The notes beneath the pieces are model-generated. The model did no database searches. It saw nothing but the letters and a program-made list of their open reading frames with translations, and was not told the DNA's origin. A stretch of 64,000 nt of DNA, from contig CBDFJG010000004.1 in NCBI GenBank assembly GCA_965248445.1, forward strand, positions 1,952,001 to 2,016,000. The letters are read 5' to 3'. This stretch comes from Planctomycetota bacterium. GTDB lineage: Bacteria > Planctomycetota > JAJSAM01 > JAJVHW01. Positions 50,097 through 59,676 of the stretch are shown piece after piece (position 1 is the stretch's first letter; every line of letters starts with the position of its first letter). The translations under genes and the position numbers were made by a program.

Positions 50097-50483
50097 ATGT
50101 GGAATACGAAAACGCGCGATTCGAGGCCTCGCGAGCAGGCGGACCGAGGCCGGGGGGTCTCGGCCGCCGCCGTGGCTGTCCTCGGGCTGGCCTCGCTGGT
50201 CGCCCTGGCGGGCTGTCAGTCGGCGAAGGAGGCGTACGCCGACACCTTCCTCGCCGGCCGCACGATCACATATGACGAGTACCTCGAGCTGAACGTCGAA
50301 GGGACGCCCGCGACGACGGTGGAGGACGTGATCCTCAGCCTCGGGAAGCCCTCCTCGGTGCACGACCGCAACGGCGCCCGGCGCCGGCTCGACTACCACG
50401 CCTTCTCGATGACCGGTGAGCTCAAGCGCGCCGAGTTCCACTTCGACCGGGAGGAGCGCCTCACCAAGAAGGCGATGTGGTGA
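50097..50483 (+). CDS. small lipoprotein (SmpA/BamE-like fold possible)
   Basis: LAGC lipobox; EDVILSLGKP. Confidence 0.6.
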   Translation: MWNTKTRDSRPREQADRGRGVSAAAVAVLGLASLVALAGCQSAKEAYADTFLAGRTITYDEYLELNVEGTPATTVEDVILSLGKPSSVHDRNGARRRLDYHAFSMTGELKRAEFHFDREERLTKKAMW

Positions 50484-50519
50484 CTCGACCACACCCGTGC
50501 GACCCGGCGGGCTGATCGG

Positions 50520-51686
50520 ATGAGCGGACGCCTGCTCAATATCGCGGCGATCGCTGGTGCGGTCGTTGCAACGCTCGCACTGGCGGCACAGGAACGCGTT
50601 GATCCGGATCCGCCACCGGCGTCGTCCGTGTGGGTTGTGGGGGACATGCACGTGCACGTCTCTCCACCCGACGCGCCGGGCCACTCCACGCTGAGCGTCG
50701 CCAAGGCCATCCGCGTGGCTCAGAGGAACGCACTCGACTTCGTGGTCATGACGCCGCACGACGCGAATCGCGTGTTGTCGGCGGACGAGTGGGGCGGAGA
50801 CCGCGCGCTCAGCGGGCAGGATGCGGTGTCCGAACTGGCATCCCAGTTCGCGGGGAAGAGCGTGAAGCCCCCGCGCCGGCCGCTCGTCGTCTCCGGCTGG
50901 GAGTGGACCCGCGACGTCCCGGGACACCTCGGCATCGCGTTCGTCGACGTGGCCGGCCTCGACGGCGTGAAGCCGCATGCCCGCGCGCGAAGGGCGATGG
51001 AGGAGGGCGCGCTGGTCGTCGTCAACCACCCATTCTTCGGTCCCGTCGAGTCCGAACTCCCGGTGATGAAGATGGTCAAGACCGACAGGCGGTGGCGACC
51101 GTTCGCCGGGCTCGGCGAGGACGACGGGCTGTGGAACGCGATCGAGGTGTGGCACGACCGCTCTGTCTGGGTGGAGAAGATGCACGTGAAACTCGCGGAG
51201 AAGTACCCCGCGACGCAGATGGTGCGGTCGGCGCTGAAGGCGTGGGACGCGGCGACGCTGACTGGGCGCCGCCGGATCACGGCAGTCGGGGGCTCCGACG
51301 CACACGGCAAGCTGCCCTACACGATTGCACCGATGCCCGTGGTCAGCGTCTACGTGGACGAGTTGACCGAGGAGTCGCTCCGGCGGGGGTTGCTCGCCGC
51401 GCGCGTCACGTTCGGGGCGGGCGGCGGTGTCGCGGCGCGGGACTTCACCGCCACCAGTGACGTCGAGGGCGAGCGCGCGCGCATCGGCGACTCGCTGCGT
51501 GCCAAGAAGACCGTCGCGCTCGCGTGGACCGGCAAGGCGCGTCTCGTCGAGAACGGCGCGGACGTGGGAGAGTTCGACGGCGGAGCGGCGCGGAGTCTGT
51601 GGGCGCCGGGCGCATTCGCGTTCTGGCGCATCGAGAAATCCGGCGACGCGTACTCGAACATGATCTACGCGAACCTCCCCGAATAG
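50520..51686 (+). CDS. PHP-fold metallohydrolase (CehA/McbA-like)
   Basis: GDMHVH, TPHD, GWEWT, VNHP, GGSDAH. Confidence 0.88.
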   Translation: MSGRLLNIAAIAGAVVATLALAAQERVDPDPPPASSVWVVGDMHVHVSPPDAPGHSTLSVAKAIRVAQRNALDFVVMTPHDANRVLSADEWGGDRALSGQDAVSELASQFAGKSVKPPRRPLVVSGWEWTRDVPGHLGIAFVDVAGLDGVKPHARARRAMEEGALVVVNHPFFGPVESELPVMKMVKTDRRWRPFAGLGEDDGLWNAIEVWHDRSVWVEKMHVKLAEKYPATQMVRSALKAWDAATLTGRRRITAVGGSDAHGKLPYTIAPMPVVSVYVDELTEESLRRGLLAARVTFGAGGGVAARDFTATSDVEGERARIGDSLRAKKTVALAWTGKARLVENGADVGEFDGGAARSLWAPGAFAFWRIEKSGDAYSNMIYANLPE

Positions 51687-51689
51687 CGA

Positions 51690-52055
51690 TCACCGAGCCG
51701 CCGCCGCCTCTGAACGGGAAGGAGTCGATGACGGCCAACGTGAGAGGTCAGTCGAACTTCAAGGGCCAGACGATCGGTTTTGCGGGCACGGACGAGGGCG
51801 ATCGCGTTGGAGTCGGCGGCGCCATGGCGAAGAACCACCACTTCGAGCGGCACGTTCCCGCCGGACGTGACGATCGACCTGTTCCAACTCGGCACTGGTG
51901 ACGGCACCAGCGCCTCGGTGACGCTGACGGGCTACGACCCGGTCTCGAAGAAGCTCGCGGGCACGTTTGCGGCGACGTTGAAGAAGGCCGGCGGCGCGGA
52001 GACGGTCACGATCTCCGGCGGCAAGTTCCTGGTCGCTCTGAACGACAACCAGTAG
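51690..52055 (+). pseudogene. C-terminal remnant of a paralog of the downstream IPT/TIG gene
   Basis: SASVTLTGYDPVSKKLAGTF...GKFLVALNDNQ aligns by eye with SATVTIEEWDPANRRVKGTF...GDFLVTLTDDRL; no N-terminus; internal frameshift. Confidence 0.65.
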
Positions 52056-52083
52056 CTCGCCCTCGGTACCCACCACCAATTGC

Positions 52084-52113
52084 CGCCCCGGCGGGCCGGG
52101 ACTCGCCGGGGCG
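52084..52113. terminator. GC-rich stem-loop
   Basis: CGCCCCGGCGGG / CTCGCCGGGGCG; no U-tract. Confidence 0.5.
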
Positions 52114-52256
52114 TCTCTCGTTGTGCCCCCGGATCGAGACGCTTGACACGTCCCGTCTCCGTCCCTGAACGTGTGCGCGGATTGGGTTGGAGGAAGAGCG
52201 GGAGTGCGATGGCCCAGGAGCGCCTGCGGCCCGCCGTGTGCCTGGGAGGCAACATC

Positions 52257-53303
52257 ATGAGATTCCGTAGTGCGGTGCCGATCGGCGCCTTCGTCGTTTG
52301 TGCCTTGTTCGCGTTCGCCACGGCCGCGCAGTCGGTCCTCGGTGTGGCGACCGGGCACCCGGTCGACTTCACCGACGTAGCGGATCTCGGTACGAAGAAA
52401 CCGAAGGTCAAGGCGGTCTACACGGGTGGGCTCATCTCTGCCAAGGGCGACCCCAAGCTCAAGCTGAAGGTCACCGAGTTCACGGCGAACTCCTTCAGCG
52501 TCATCGTGAAGAAGGCGAAGGGCTCGGGCAACTTCGACATCCAGGTCAAGCCCAAGGGTGGCGACACGTTCATCGCGGGCAACCTCAATGTGTTTGCGTC
52601 GCAGCCGACGTCGACGAACACCGACACGGTGGCACCGAAGGGTGAGCTGACCGTGACGGGAACGTTCTTCGGCTCGAAGAAGCCCAAGGTGTTCATCAAC
52701 GGGAAGAAGGGAAAGACGCTCGAGTTCAGTGACACCAGTATCACAGTGCGCGCGCACAAGAAGACTCCGGGTGGCATGGCCGACATCGTCGTCGCGAACA
52801 AGACCGGCGAGGGAACCCTGGCCGACGCCGTGACGGTGACCGCGCCGACGCCGCCGATCTCGGGCAGCGACCGCATCTCGGGAAGCGTCAACGGCGACTA
52901 CAAGACCCGGCTCAAGATGAGCAATAACGAGGTGCGCGGGAGCTGGAAGGGCGCCGCCGGGTTCACGATGTTCGGCAAGCAGGAGACGAGGAGCCTCGAC
53001 GAGGAGGTCGACATCCGCTTGAACGTCGACCTCGACAATGCCGTGCTGCCGCTCGTCGTCAATGTGGATGTGAACGCGGGAGAGAAGTGCGACTTCGAGT
53101 GGTCTGACTTCGTCTTCAAGCTCTACGGCCTCGATCCGGCCGGCAACTCGACGAGCGCCACCGTGACGATCGAGGAGTGGGATCCCGCGAACAGGCGCGT
53201 CAAGGGCACCTTTGAGGCGGAGCTCTACGACCAGGTGTCGGGAGACCGCGTCAGTGTCGGCAACGGCGACTTCCTGGTCACGCTGACCGACGACCGTCTC
53301 TAG
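52257..53303 (+). CDS. secreted IPT/TIG-domain protein
   Basis: GGAGG RBS; signal peptide; LTVTGTFFGSKKPKVFING...FSDTSITV. Confidence 0.8.
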   Translation: MRFRSAVPIGAFVVCALFAFATAAQSVLGVATGHPVDFTDVADLGTKKPKVKAVYTGGLISAKGDPKLKLKVTEFTANSFSVIVKKAKGSGNFDIQVKPKGGDTFIAGNLNVFASQPTSTNTDTVAPKGELTVTGTFFGSKKPKVFINGKKGKTLEFSDTSITVRAHKKTPGGMADIVVANKTGEGTLADAVTVTAPTPPISGSDRISGSVNGDYKTRLKMSNNEVRGSWKGAAGFTMFGKQETRSLDEEVDIRLNVDLDNAVLPLVVNVDVNAGEKCDFEWSDFVFKLYGLDPAGNSTSATVTIEEWDPANRRVKGTFEAELYDQVSGDRVSVGNGDFLVTLTDDRL

Positions 53304-53328
53304 AAGCTCGGCCCACTCGTCACTTCCC

Positions 53329-53357
53329 GGCCCCGGCGTGCCTCGCACGCCGGGGCC
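53329..53357. terminator. perfect 13-bp stem-loop
   Basis: GGCCCCGGCGTGC-CTC-GCACGCCGGGGCC downstream of the IPT/TIG gene; no U-tract. Confidence 0.6.
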
Positions 53358-53382
53358 GCCCTCGTCGTAGACTGCGCTCGCG

Positions 53383-55260
53383 ATGGGACGCAGCGAACAG
53401 TTCCTGACGGCCCTGCACGAGCGCGTGCTCGTGGGAGACGGTGCGATGGGCACCGCGCTCACCCGTCGCGGCGTGGGCTCCGAGGCCTGCCTCGAGGAAC
53501 TGAACTCCTCGCGCCGCGACCTGGTCCGCGACGTCCACCGGGAGTACGTGGCGGCCGGCTCCGACATGATCGAGACCAACACGTTCCGTGCGAGCCGCCC
53601 GCACCTCGAGCAGTTCGGGCTCGAGGACCGAACGTTCGAGTTCAACTACCGCGGCGCCCGGCTGGCGCGGAGCGTCGCCGGCCGCGACGTGTTCGTTGCC
53701 GGAAGCGTCGGACCGTTGCCGGGCCGGCGGGGGGAGGGCGCGGAGCCGCCGGACGACCGCGAACAGGTCTACGCAGAGCAGGTCTCGGCCCTCGCCGCCG
53801 GGGGCGTGGACCTGTTCCTGCTCGAGACCTTCACGGATCTCGATGAGATCCGTGCCGCCGTACGCGCAGCGCGCACCGCGGCGCCGGGCATCCCGGTGCT
53901 CGCGCAGATGGCGTTCTACGAAGGGCACGGCAGCATGTCCGGCGTCACGGTCGGCAGCGCCATCGAGGAACTGCTGGCCGAAGGAGCGGTGGGAGTGGGC
54001 GTCAACTGCGGCCGTGGCTTCGCGGATGCGCTGGCGGTGGTACGCAAGATGGCCGCGCTCACCGAGGCGCCTCTGACCGCGTTCCCGAATGCGGGCCTCC
54101 CCGAACTGCGAGATGGCCGGCTGGTGTACGACCAGCCCCCCGAGTACATGGGAGAGATGGCGCTCGCCATGGTCGAAGCGGGAGTGAACGTCGTCGGCGG
54201 GTGCTGCGGCACGGACGGGCGCGCGATCCAGGCGATTGCCCGTCGAATCCGCGGGCGGTCGCCGACGACGCGCCGTGTCGTGGCGGTACCCGCAGCGCCA
54301 GCGGAGCCGGCGGCTCCCGTCCGGCCGGCCGGCGCGTTCCTGGACCGTCTCGGCAAGGAACCGCTCATCGTCGTCGAGCTGGACCCGCCGCGAGGGATGC
54401 TCACGGAGAAGGTCGTCGAGGGCGCGCGCCTCCTGCGCGAGGCCGGCGCGCACCTCGTCTCGATGGCGGAGAACCCGCTCGCGTCGATCCGCATGGGCAA
54501 CGTCGGAATGGCCTACCTCGTGAAGCGCGAGGCGGGAGTCCGTCCGCTCGTGCACTTCACGGGCCGGGACCGCAACGTCCTGGGTCTGCACAGCGATCTC
54601 ATGGGCGCCGCGGCGCTCGGCATCGACCACGTGCTCGCGATCACCGGAGATCCCGCCGGCGATCGGCGCGCGGGTGGCCCGACCGGCGTGACGTCCGTGT
54701 ACGACGTCAACTCGATCGGGCTCGTGAAGATCCTCTCGGCCCTCAACCGCGGCGAGACGATCCACGGTGTGGACGTGGGCCGCTCGGCCGGGTTCACGGT
54801 GGGCGTCGCGTTCAACCCGAACTTCCGGTCCATGGACGGTCAGATCAAGAAGCTCGCGCAGAAGGTCGAGGCCGGCGCGCAGTTCGCGCTCACGCAGCTC
54901 TGTTACGACCCCGAGCGGATCGGCGAGATCGAAGCAGCGACGTCGCACCTCGGTATTCCCGTGCTACCCGGCGTGATGCCGCTCGTGTCGCACCGCAACG
55001 CTCTGTTCATGCGCAACGAAGTGCCCGGCGTGACGGTGCCGGACGCGGTCATCGCCCGGATGGAGCAGCACCCGAAGGGACAGGCGGCGCGCGACGAGGG
55101 GATGGCGGTGGCGCAGGAGTTGGTGAGCGCAGCGCTCGCCGGCGGCTCTCCCGGCATCTACATCGTGGCGCCGTTCAATCGCGCGACGCTCGCTGCGGAT
55201 CTCGTCGGATTCGTGCGCGAGGAGTGGAAGCGGGTCAGCGCGCGAGCCGCTACTGCTTGA
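53383..55260 (+). CDS. yitJ: bifunctional homocysteine S-methyltransferase / methylenetetrahydrofolate reductase (YitJ-like)
   Basis: GDGAMGT, ETNTF, GVNC, PNAGLP, GGCCGT; then VELDPP, RDRN, AITGD, TQ. Confidence 0.92.
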   Translation: MGRSEQFLTALHERVLVGDGAMGTALTRRGVGSEACLEELNSSRRDLVRDVHREYVAAGSDMIETNTFRASRPHLEQFGLEDRTFEFNYRGARLARSVAGRDVFVAGSVGPLPGRRGEGAEPPDDREQVYAEQVSALAAGGVDLFLLETFTDLDEIRAAVRAARTAAPGIPVLAQMAFYEGHGSMSGVTVGSAIEELLAEGAVGVGVNCGRGFADALAVVRKMAALTEAPLTAFPNAGLPELRDGRLVYDQPPEYMGEMALAMVEAGVNVVGGCCGTDGRAIQAIARRIRGRSPTTRRVVAVPAAPAEPAAPVRPAGAFLDRLGKEPLIVVELDPPRGMLTEKVVEGARLLREAGAHLVSMAENPLASIRMGNVGMAYLVKREAGVRPLVHFTGRDRNVLGLHSDLMGAAALGIDHVLAITGDPAGDRRAGGPTGVTSVYDVNSIGLVKILSALNRGETIHGVDVGRSAGFTVGVAFNPNFRSMDGQIKKLAQKVEAGAQFALTQLCYDPERIGEIEAATSHLGIPVLPGVMPLVSHRNALFMRNEVPGVTVPDAVIARMEQHPKGQAARDEGMAVAQELVSAALAGGSPGIYIVAPFNRATLAADLVGFVREEWKRVSARAATA

Positions 55261-55942
55261 GCTCGAACTCGACCCACTCGGAGCGCTCGGGGGACTTGCC
55301 CTGCTCGAAGCAGCGCAGACCCACCAGCTTCCACGACGGGTGAGAACCGTAGCTCGCGCGGGCGCGGTACGTGCCGGCCGGGAGGCCTTCTTCGTCCATG
55401 GCCACGATGCGGACTTGCAGGTCCAGCGACGCGCCCGACTCGAGCAGGAGCAGGCGGCGCGGCAACTTGTCGGCACTCGTCTCCACGACGCGGCGGACCT
55501 CGACGCCCTCGGAGTCGAGCACCGAGATCACGAGCGTCGGCTGCGGCTCCCCCGCGGCGGGAACGTAAAAGTCGGCAAGGGTCATGTTGTCCAGCGAGAT
55601 GCGCGCAGTCAGGGGGCTGCCTGCGCGCATCGAACCGGTGCGAAGTGCGAACTGCACCTCGAGTGAGCCGTCGACGCTCGGCGTGGCGGCGACGCTCGCA
55701 GACGCTGCGGCATCTCGGCCGGCCATCGTCTCGTTCGCCGCGTCCGGTTCCGGCTCCGCTCTGACGCCCGGGGTGGCCGCGAGCGCGGCGCTGGGCTGGT
55801 GGACGACGTCATCGACTCCCGTGATCGGGTCGTTCGCCCTGCCCAGGAACGCGGGCACGGCGACCATCGCGGCGAGCACCGGAAGGGCGATCGCGACGGC
55901 GGTGAGAGCACGCTTCTGACGACGGTTGAGATTCATGGCCAT
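55250..55942 (-). CDS. membrane-anchored hypothetical protein with Ig-like C-terminus
   Basis: N-terminal TM; LPAGTYRARASY; GGAGG RBS. Confidence 0.7.
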   Translation of the reverse strand: MAMNLNRRQKRALTAVAIALPVLAAMVAVPAFLGRANDPITGVDDVVHQPSAALAATPGVRAEPEPDAANETMAGRDAAASASVAATPSVDGSLEVQFALRTGSMRAGSPLTARISLDNMTLADFYVPAAGEPQPTLVISVLDSEGVEVRRVVETSADKLPRRLLLLESGASLDLQVRIVAMDEEGLPAGTYRARASYGSHPSWKLVGLRCFEQGKSPERSEWVEFELKQ

Positions 55943-56052
55943 GGCAGCCTCCATGGAGGGGTTCGGGAATCCAGGCCCCCAGGCTTGAGGGCAGGAGCCT
56001 CGCGGAGCCCGGTTTGTTGAGCGGTCGCCGCCGGGATGCCGATACTCCCGGC

Positions 56053-59000
56053 ATGCCTCACCCGTCCCGGCTCCGGCTCGTTCTGCGCGCGCTCCGCGCC
56101 CGCATCCGGGTGGGCGCGGACCCCGAGCGGTGCGTTCCCGGGACGCTCGTTCTCCTGCCGGTCAGGCCGGCCGGCCGGCTCGTCCCGTGCGGAATCGCTG
56201 CGTTCGTCGAGATCGCCGGGGGCGCGGCCCAGGAGACAATGACGACTGCCGGCGCCACGGAAGCCGCTCGACACGTCATCGACTCCGGCCTGGGGTCCGG
56301 GCACGAGCCGTCGTTGTACGCCGGGGGCGAGGCCACGCTCGACACGCTCACGACATGGGCCCGAGGCCTCAAGCAACGCGCACGCTTCGCCGCGCTCTTC
56401 ACGAATGAAGCGGAGCGGGACGGCGTCCTCGGCATCGCCGCCGACCTTCGGAGCTTCGCCGATGGTGAGGATGCGCGGCTCGCCGCCGCGGCAGACACGC
56501 TCAGCGAGGACCGCCTCGAGACGCTCGCGGCGCGGGTGCTCCGCGTCCGCGATGTGGCATGGCACATCGAGAACGAGGCGCTCTCGCTGCTCCAGGACGT
56601 GCGATCGCTGTCCGGAGACGGCAACGCGAACGACTCACTCGTCGCGAACCTGCGGCGTCTATCGGCAGTGTTCCGCAGCATCGATCGGATCGAGATCCGC
56701 GGCCGCGACTCCGCCGGTGTCGCGGTGCAGGTGACGTTCCCGGGCACCGACGCGCGTGCAGGGTTCTTCGACGCCGTCGACGCGGCCGGTTTGCGCGACG
56801 CACTGAACGCGCGGTCGGCACTCGCCGACCTGCCGGCGCTATCGGTCTGCGTGGCGCCGGAGTCTCCGGTCGTCACGTTCGTCTACAAGGTCGCTGCCGA
56901 GGTGGGGCGGCTGGGGGACAACGTCGCAGAGCTCTCGCGCCAGGCGCGATCGGATGCGCTGCTGCGCCTGGCTCTCTCCGCCGACGAGGTCACCGCGGTC
57001 GTCCTCGGACACACTCGGTGGGCGTCGTCCGGCGTGATCAGCATCCCCAACTGCCATCCGATCGACAACGAGACGGTCGCGGGCCGGGATCGCGGTGTCC
57101 GCAGCGGGCGTGTGTTCGTCGTGATGAACGGTGACGTCGACAATCACCTCGAACTCCGCGCCGACTACGAGCACGAGAGCGGCCGCACGATCTCTGCGCC
57201 GGTCACCACCGACACGAAAGTCGTGGCACTCGAGATCGAGCGGCACCTGATCGCCGGGGATGCGGTCCTCGATGCGTTCCGCAAGGCGTGCGCGCGCTTC
57301 GATGGGTCGTGCGCCATCGGCATGGTCACCGACCTCGCACCGGGGCGGATCTTCACGTCCCTGCGCGGCAGCGGACAGTCGCTCTACGTGGGAGTGTCCC
57401 TCGACGGGTTCTTCGCATCGTCCGAGGTCTACGGCCTGGTCGAGGAGACGTCGCAGTACGTCAAGATGGACGGCGAAGCGGAGCGCGTCGCCGGCGACAC
57501 CAGCACGTCCGGGCAGGTCATCGTCATGGCCTCCGACGTCGAGCGCGGCGCTGCCGGGCTGCGACGTCTCGGGTTCGACGGGACGGAACTCCCCGTCGGC
57601 GACGACGACGTTCGCGAGGCGGAGATCACGACGAGAGACGTCGATCGGGGCGACTTCGACCACTTCTTCCGCAAGGAGATCACGCAGGCCTCGCGCTCCG
57701 CGGAGCGCACGCTGCTCGGTCGCGTCGTACACGGCCCGAACGGCTCCTCCGTCGCGCCACACCTCCTCTCCGAGGCCGTCCGCACGCGGTTCGCTTCGGG
57801 CTCTGTCCGGCGGATGTACGTGGCGGGGCAGGGCACGGCCGCGATGGCCGGCGCCGGCATCGCTGAGTACGTGCGCCGCGTCGTGCCCATGGGCGACATT
57901 CGTGTGGAGGCGCTGCCGGCCACGGAGTTGTCCGGGTTCCGGCTCGTCGACGACATGAGCGACACGGTCGTCGTCGCGGTCACGCAGTCGGGGAGCACCG
58001 CCGACACGAACCGCGCGATCGACCTCGCCCGCAAGCGCGGGGCGCTGGTCGTGGCCATCGTGAACCGCCGCAACTCGGACGTCACGTATCGCGCGGACGG
58101 CGTCATCTACACGTCCGACGGGCGGGATGTCGAGATGTCCGTCGCGTCGACCAAGGCGTTCTATTCGCAGATCGTTGCCGGCGGCCTGTTCGCGCTGGCT
58201 GTGGCGCAGGTCCTCGGCTCGCTCGACGTGCACGAGATCGCGCGGGAGCTCGCGGAGCTCGAGCGCCTGCCTGAACTCATGCAGCGCGTGCTCGACAACG
58301 AGGATGCCGTGCAGGCGGCCGCGGAGAAGCACGCACCGACGCGCGAGCACTGGGCCGTGGTCGCGAGCGGTCCGAACCACGTGGCCGCGCGCGAGGTCCG
58401 GATCAAGCTCTCGGAGCTCTGCTACAAGTCCATTGCGGTCGACACCGTCGAGGACAAGAAGCACATCGACTTGTCGAGCGAGCCGATGACGATCGTGCTC
58501 GCGGCGGGCAACCCGGAGTCGGTCCAGAACGACGTCGTGAAGGACGTCGCCATCTTCAAGGCCCACAAGGGATGCGCGATCGTGTTCTGCTCCGAGGGCG
58601 AGACGCGATTCGACCCGTACGCGGCGGCCGTCGTGCACCTGCCGGATGCTCCGGCGCTCTCGTCAATGGTCCTGTCGGCTCTGGCGGGCCACCTGTTCGG
58701 CTATCACGCGGCGCGGGCCATCGACGGCAACGCGCGATTCCTCGCCGGCGTGCGCGCCGTGCTTGTCGGCGCCCTCGAGGATCCGGCGCAACGGGACGAC
58801 CTGCCGGCCAAGATGACGCTGGCGCGACGAGAGTTCCTCACGCGACTGGAGTCCGACCGATTCACGTCCGCGCTCAACCCGGTCACGGCGGCGCGGCTCG
58901 CGATGCTGTTCGACCGCGTCACAGGAGCGGCGGTGATGGACGCCGACACACGCGCGTTCGTGGACGGCGATGGAGAGGACAGCGGCGCTGTCCTGGTGAA

Positions 59001-59670
59001 CGTGCTGGGCGACGCCCTCGATCAGTGCCAGCGCCCAATCGATGCGATCAAGCACCAGGCGAAGATTGTGACCGTCGGGACCTCACGTCCGGAGGCCGAG
59101 GTTCCGAGCGTCATCGCGACGGCGTTGCAGGCCGCGGGCGTCGACGTGGATCGCGTCGCACCGATCGATGTGCTCGAACTGCACCGTGTCGGGCCGGCCC
59201 TGGCCGCCGTGGCAGGTGTCACCGCGTACGAGATCGACGGACTGCGTGCGGACGGCACGCCGGACGACAACACGCGCATCCGTGTCGCCTCGCGGACCGG
59301 CATCGCCGCCGGCATGAGTTCCCGCGCGCTCGATTGGACCGCGTTGATCGGCACGAAGCGCCACGTCGTCGCGTCCCGGCGCCTGCACATCGGTGTGGGG
59401 ATGGGCGACGGTCGACGCATCGCGATCGTGCCGTTGCGCGGAGGCACAGCCGGGGTCAACGGCCTCGCCCTGCTGCACCTCGAGTTCGTCGTCACACTGC
59501 CGGTCAGCGACAAGAAGCGCGTCCTCGGAGCGCGGCTTGCCGACCTGCGCGATCTCATCGCGGAGGCCAACCGCTCGTTCACGCCGGACCTGCTCGAGCA
59601 CCTGAGCCCGGAGCAGGTAGTGCTCGAAACGCCGGAAGATCTGGCGGGGCGCCTACTGTCTGTCCAGTGA
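56053..59670 (+). CDS. large GlmS-like glutamine amidotransferase / double SIS-domain protein
   Basis: CGI, RGRDSAG, GHTRWAS, NGDVDN, TDT, TQSGSTADT, VASTKAFYSQ; insertions and C-terminal extension. Confidence 0.88.
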   Translation: MPHPSRLRLVLRALRARIRVGADPERCVPGTLVLLPVRPAGRLVPCGIAAFVEIAGGAAQETMTTAGATEAARHVIDSGLGSGHEPSLYAGGEATLDTLTTWARGLKQRARFAALFTNEAERDGVLGIAADLRSFADGEDARLAAAADTLSEDRLETLAARVLRVRDVAWHIENEALSLLQDVRSLSGDGNANDSLVANLRRLSAVFRSIDRIEIRGRDSAGVAVQVTFPGTDARAGFFDAVDAAGLRDALNARSALADLPALSVCVAPESPVVTFVYKVAAEVGRLGDNVAELSRQARSDALLRLALSADEVTAVVLGHTRWASSGVISIPNCHPIDNETVAGRDRGVRSGRVFVVMNGDVDNHLELRADYEHESGRTISAPVTTDTKVVALEIERHLIAGDAVLDAFRKACARFDGSCAIGMVTDLAPGRIFTSLRGSGQSLYVGVSLDGFFASSEVYGLVEETSQYVKMDGEAERVAGDTSTSGQVIVMASDVERGAAGLRRLGFDGTELPVGDDDVREAEITTRDVDRGDFDHFFRKEITQASRSAERTLLGRVVHGPNGSSVAPHLLSEAVRTRFASGSVRRMYVAGQGTAAMAGAGIAEYVRRVVPMGDIRVEALPATELSGFRLVDDMSDTVVVAVTQSGSTADTNRAIDLARKRGALVVAIVNRRNSDVTYRADGVIYTSDGRDVEMSVASTKAFYSQIVAGGLFALAVAQVLGSLDVHEIARELAELERLPELMQRVLDNEDAVQAAAEKHAPTREHWAVVASGPNHVAAREVRIKLSELCYKSIAVDTVEDKKHIDLSSEPMTIVLAAGNPESVQNDVVKDVAIFKAHKGCAIVFCSEGETRFDPYAAAVVHLPDAPALSSMVLSALAGHLFGYHAARAIDGNARFLAGVRAVLVGALEDPAQRDDLPAKMTLARREFLTRLESDRFTSALNPVTAARLAMLFDRVTGAAVMDADTRAFVDGDGEDSGAVLVNVLGDALDQCQRPIDAIKHQAKIVTVGTSRPEAEVPSVIATALQAAGVDVDRVAPIDVLELHRVGPALAAVAGVTAYEIDGLRADGTPDDNTRIRVASRTGIAAGMSSRALDWTALIGTKRHVVASRRLHIGVGMGDGRRIAIVPLRGGTAGVNGLALLHLEFVVTLPVSDKKRVLGARLADLRDLIAEANRSFTPDLLEHLSPEQVVLETPEDLAGRLLSVQ

Positions 59671-59676
59671 CCTGCC

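Noticed and set aside
52143..52155. TTGACACGTCCCG matching the IS3 right end
   Set aside because: Isolated 13-bp match with no other IS sequence; could be a -35 box or chance
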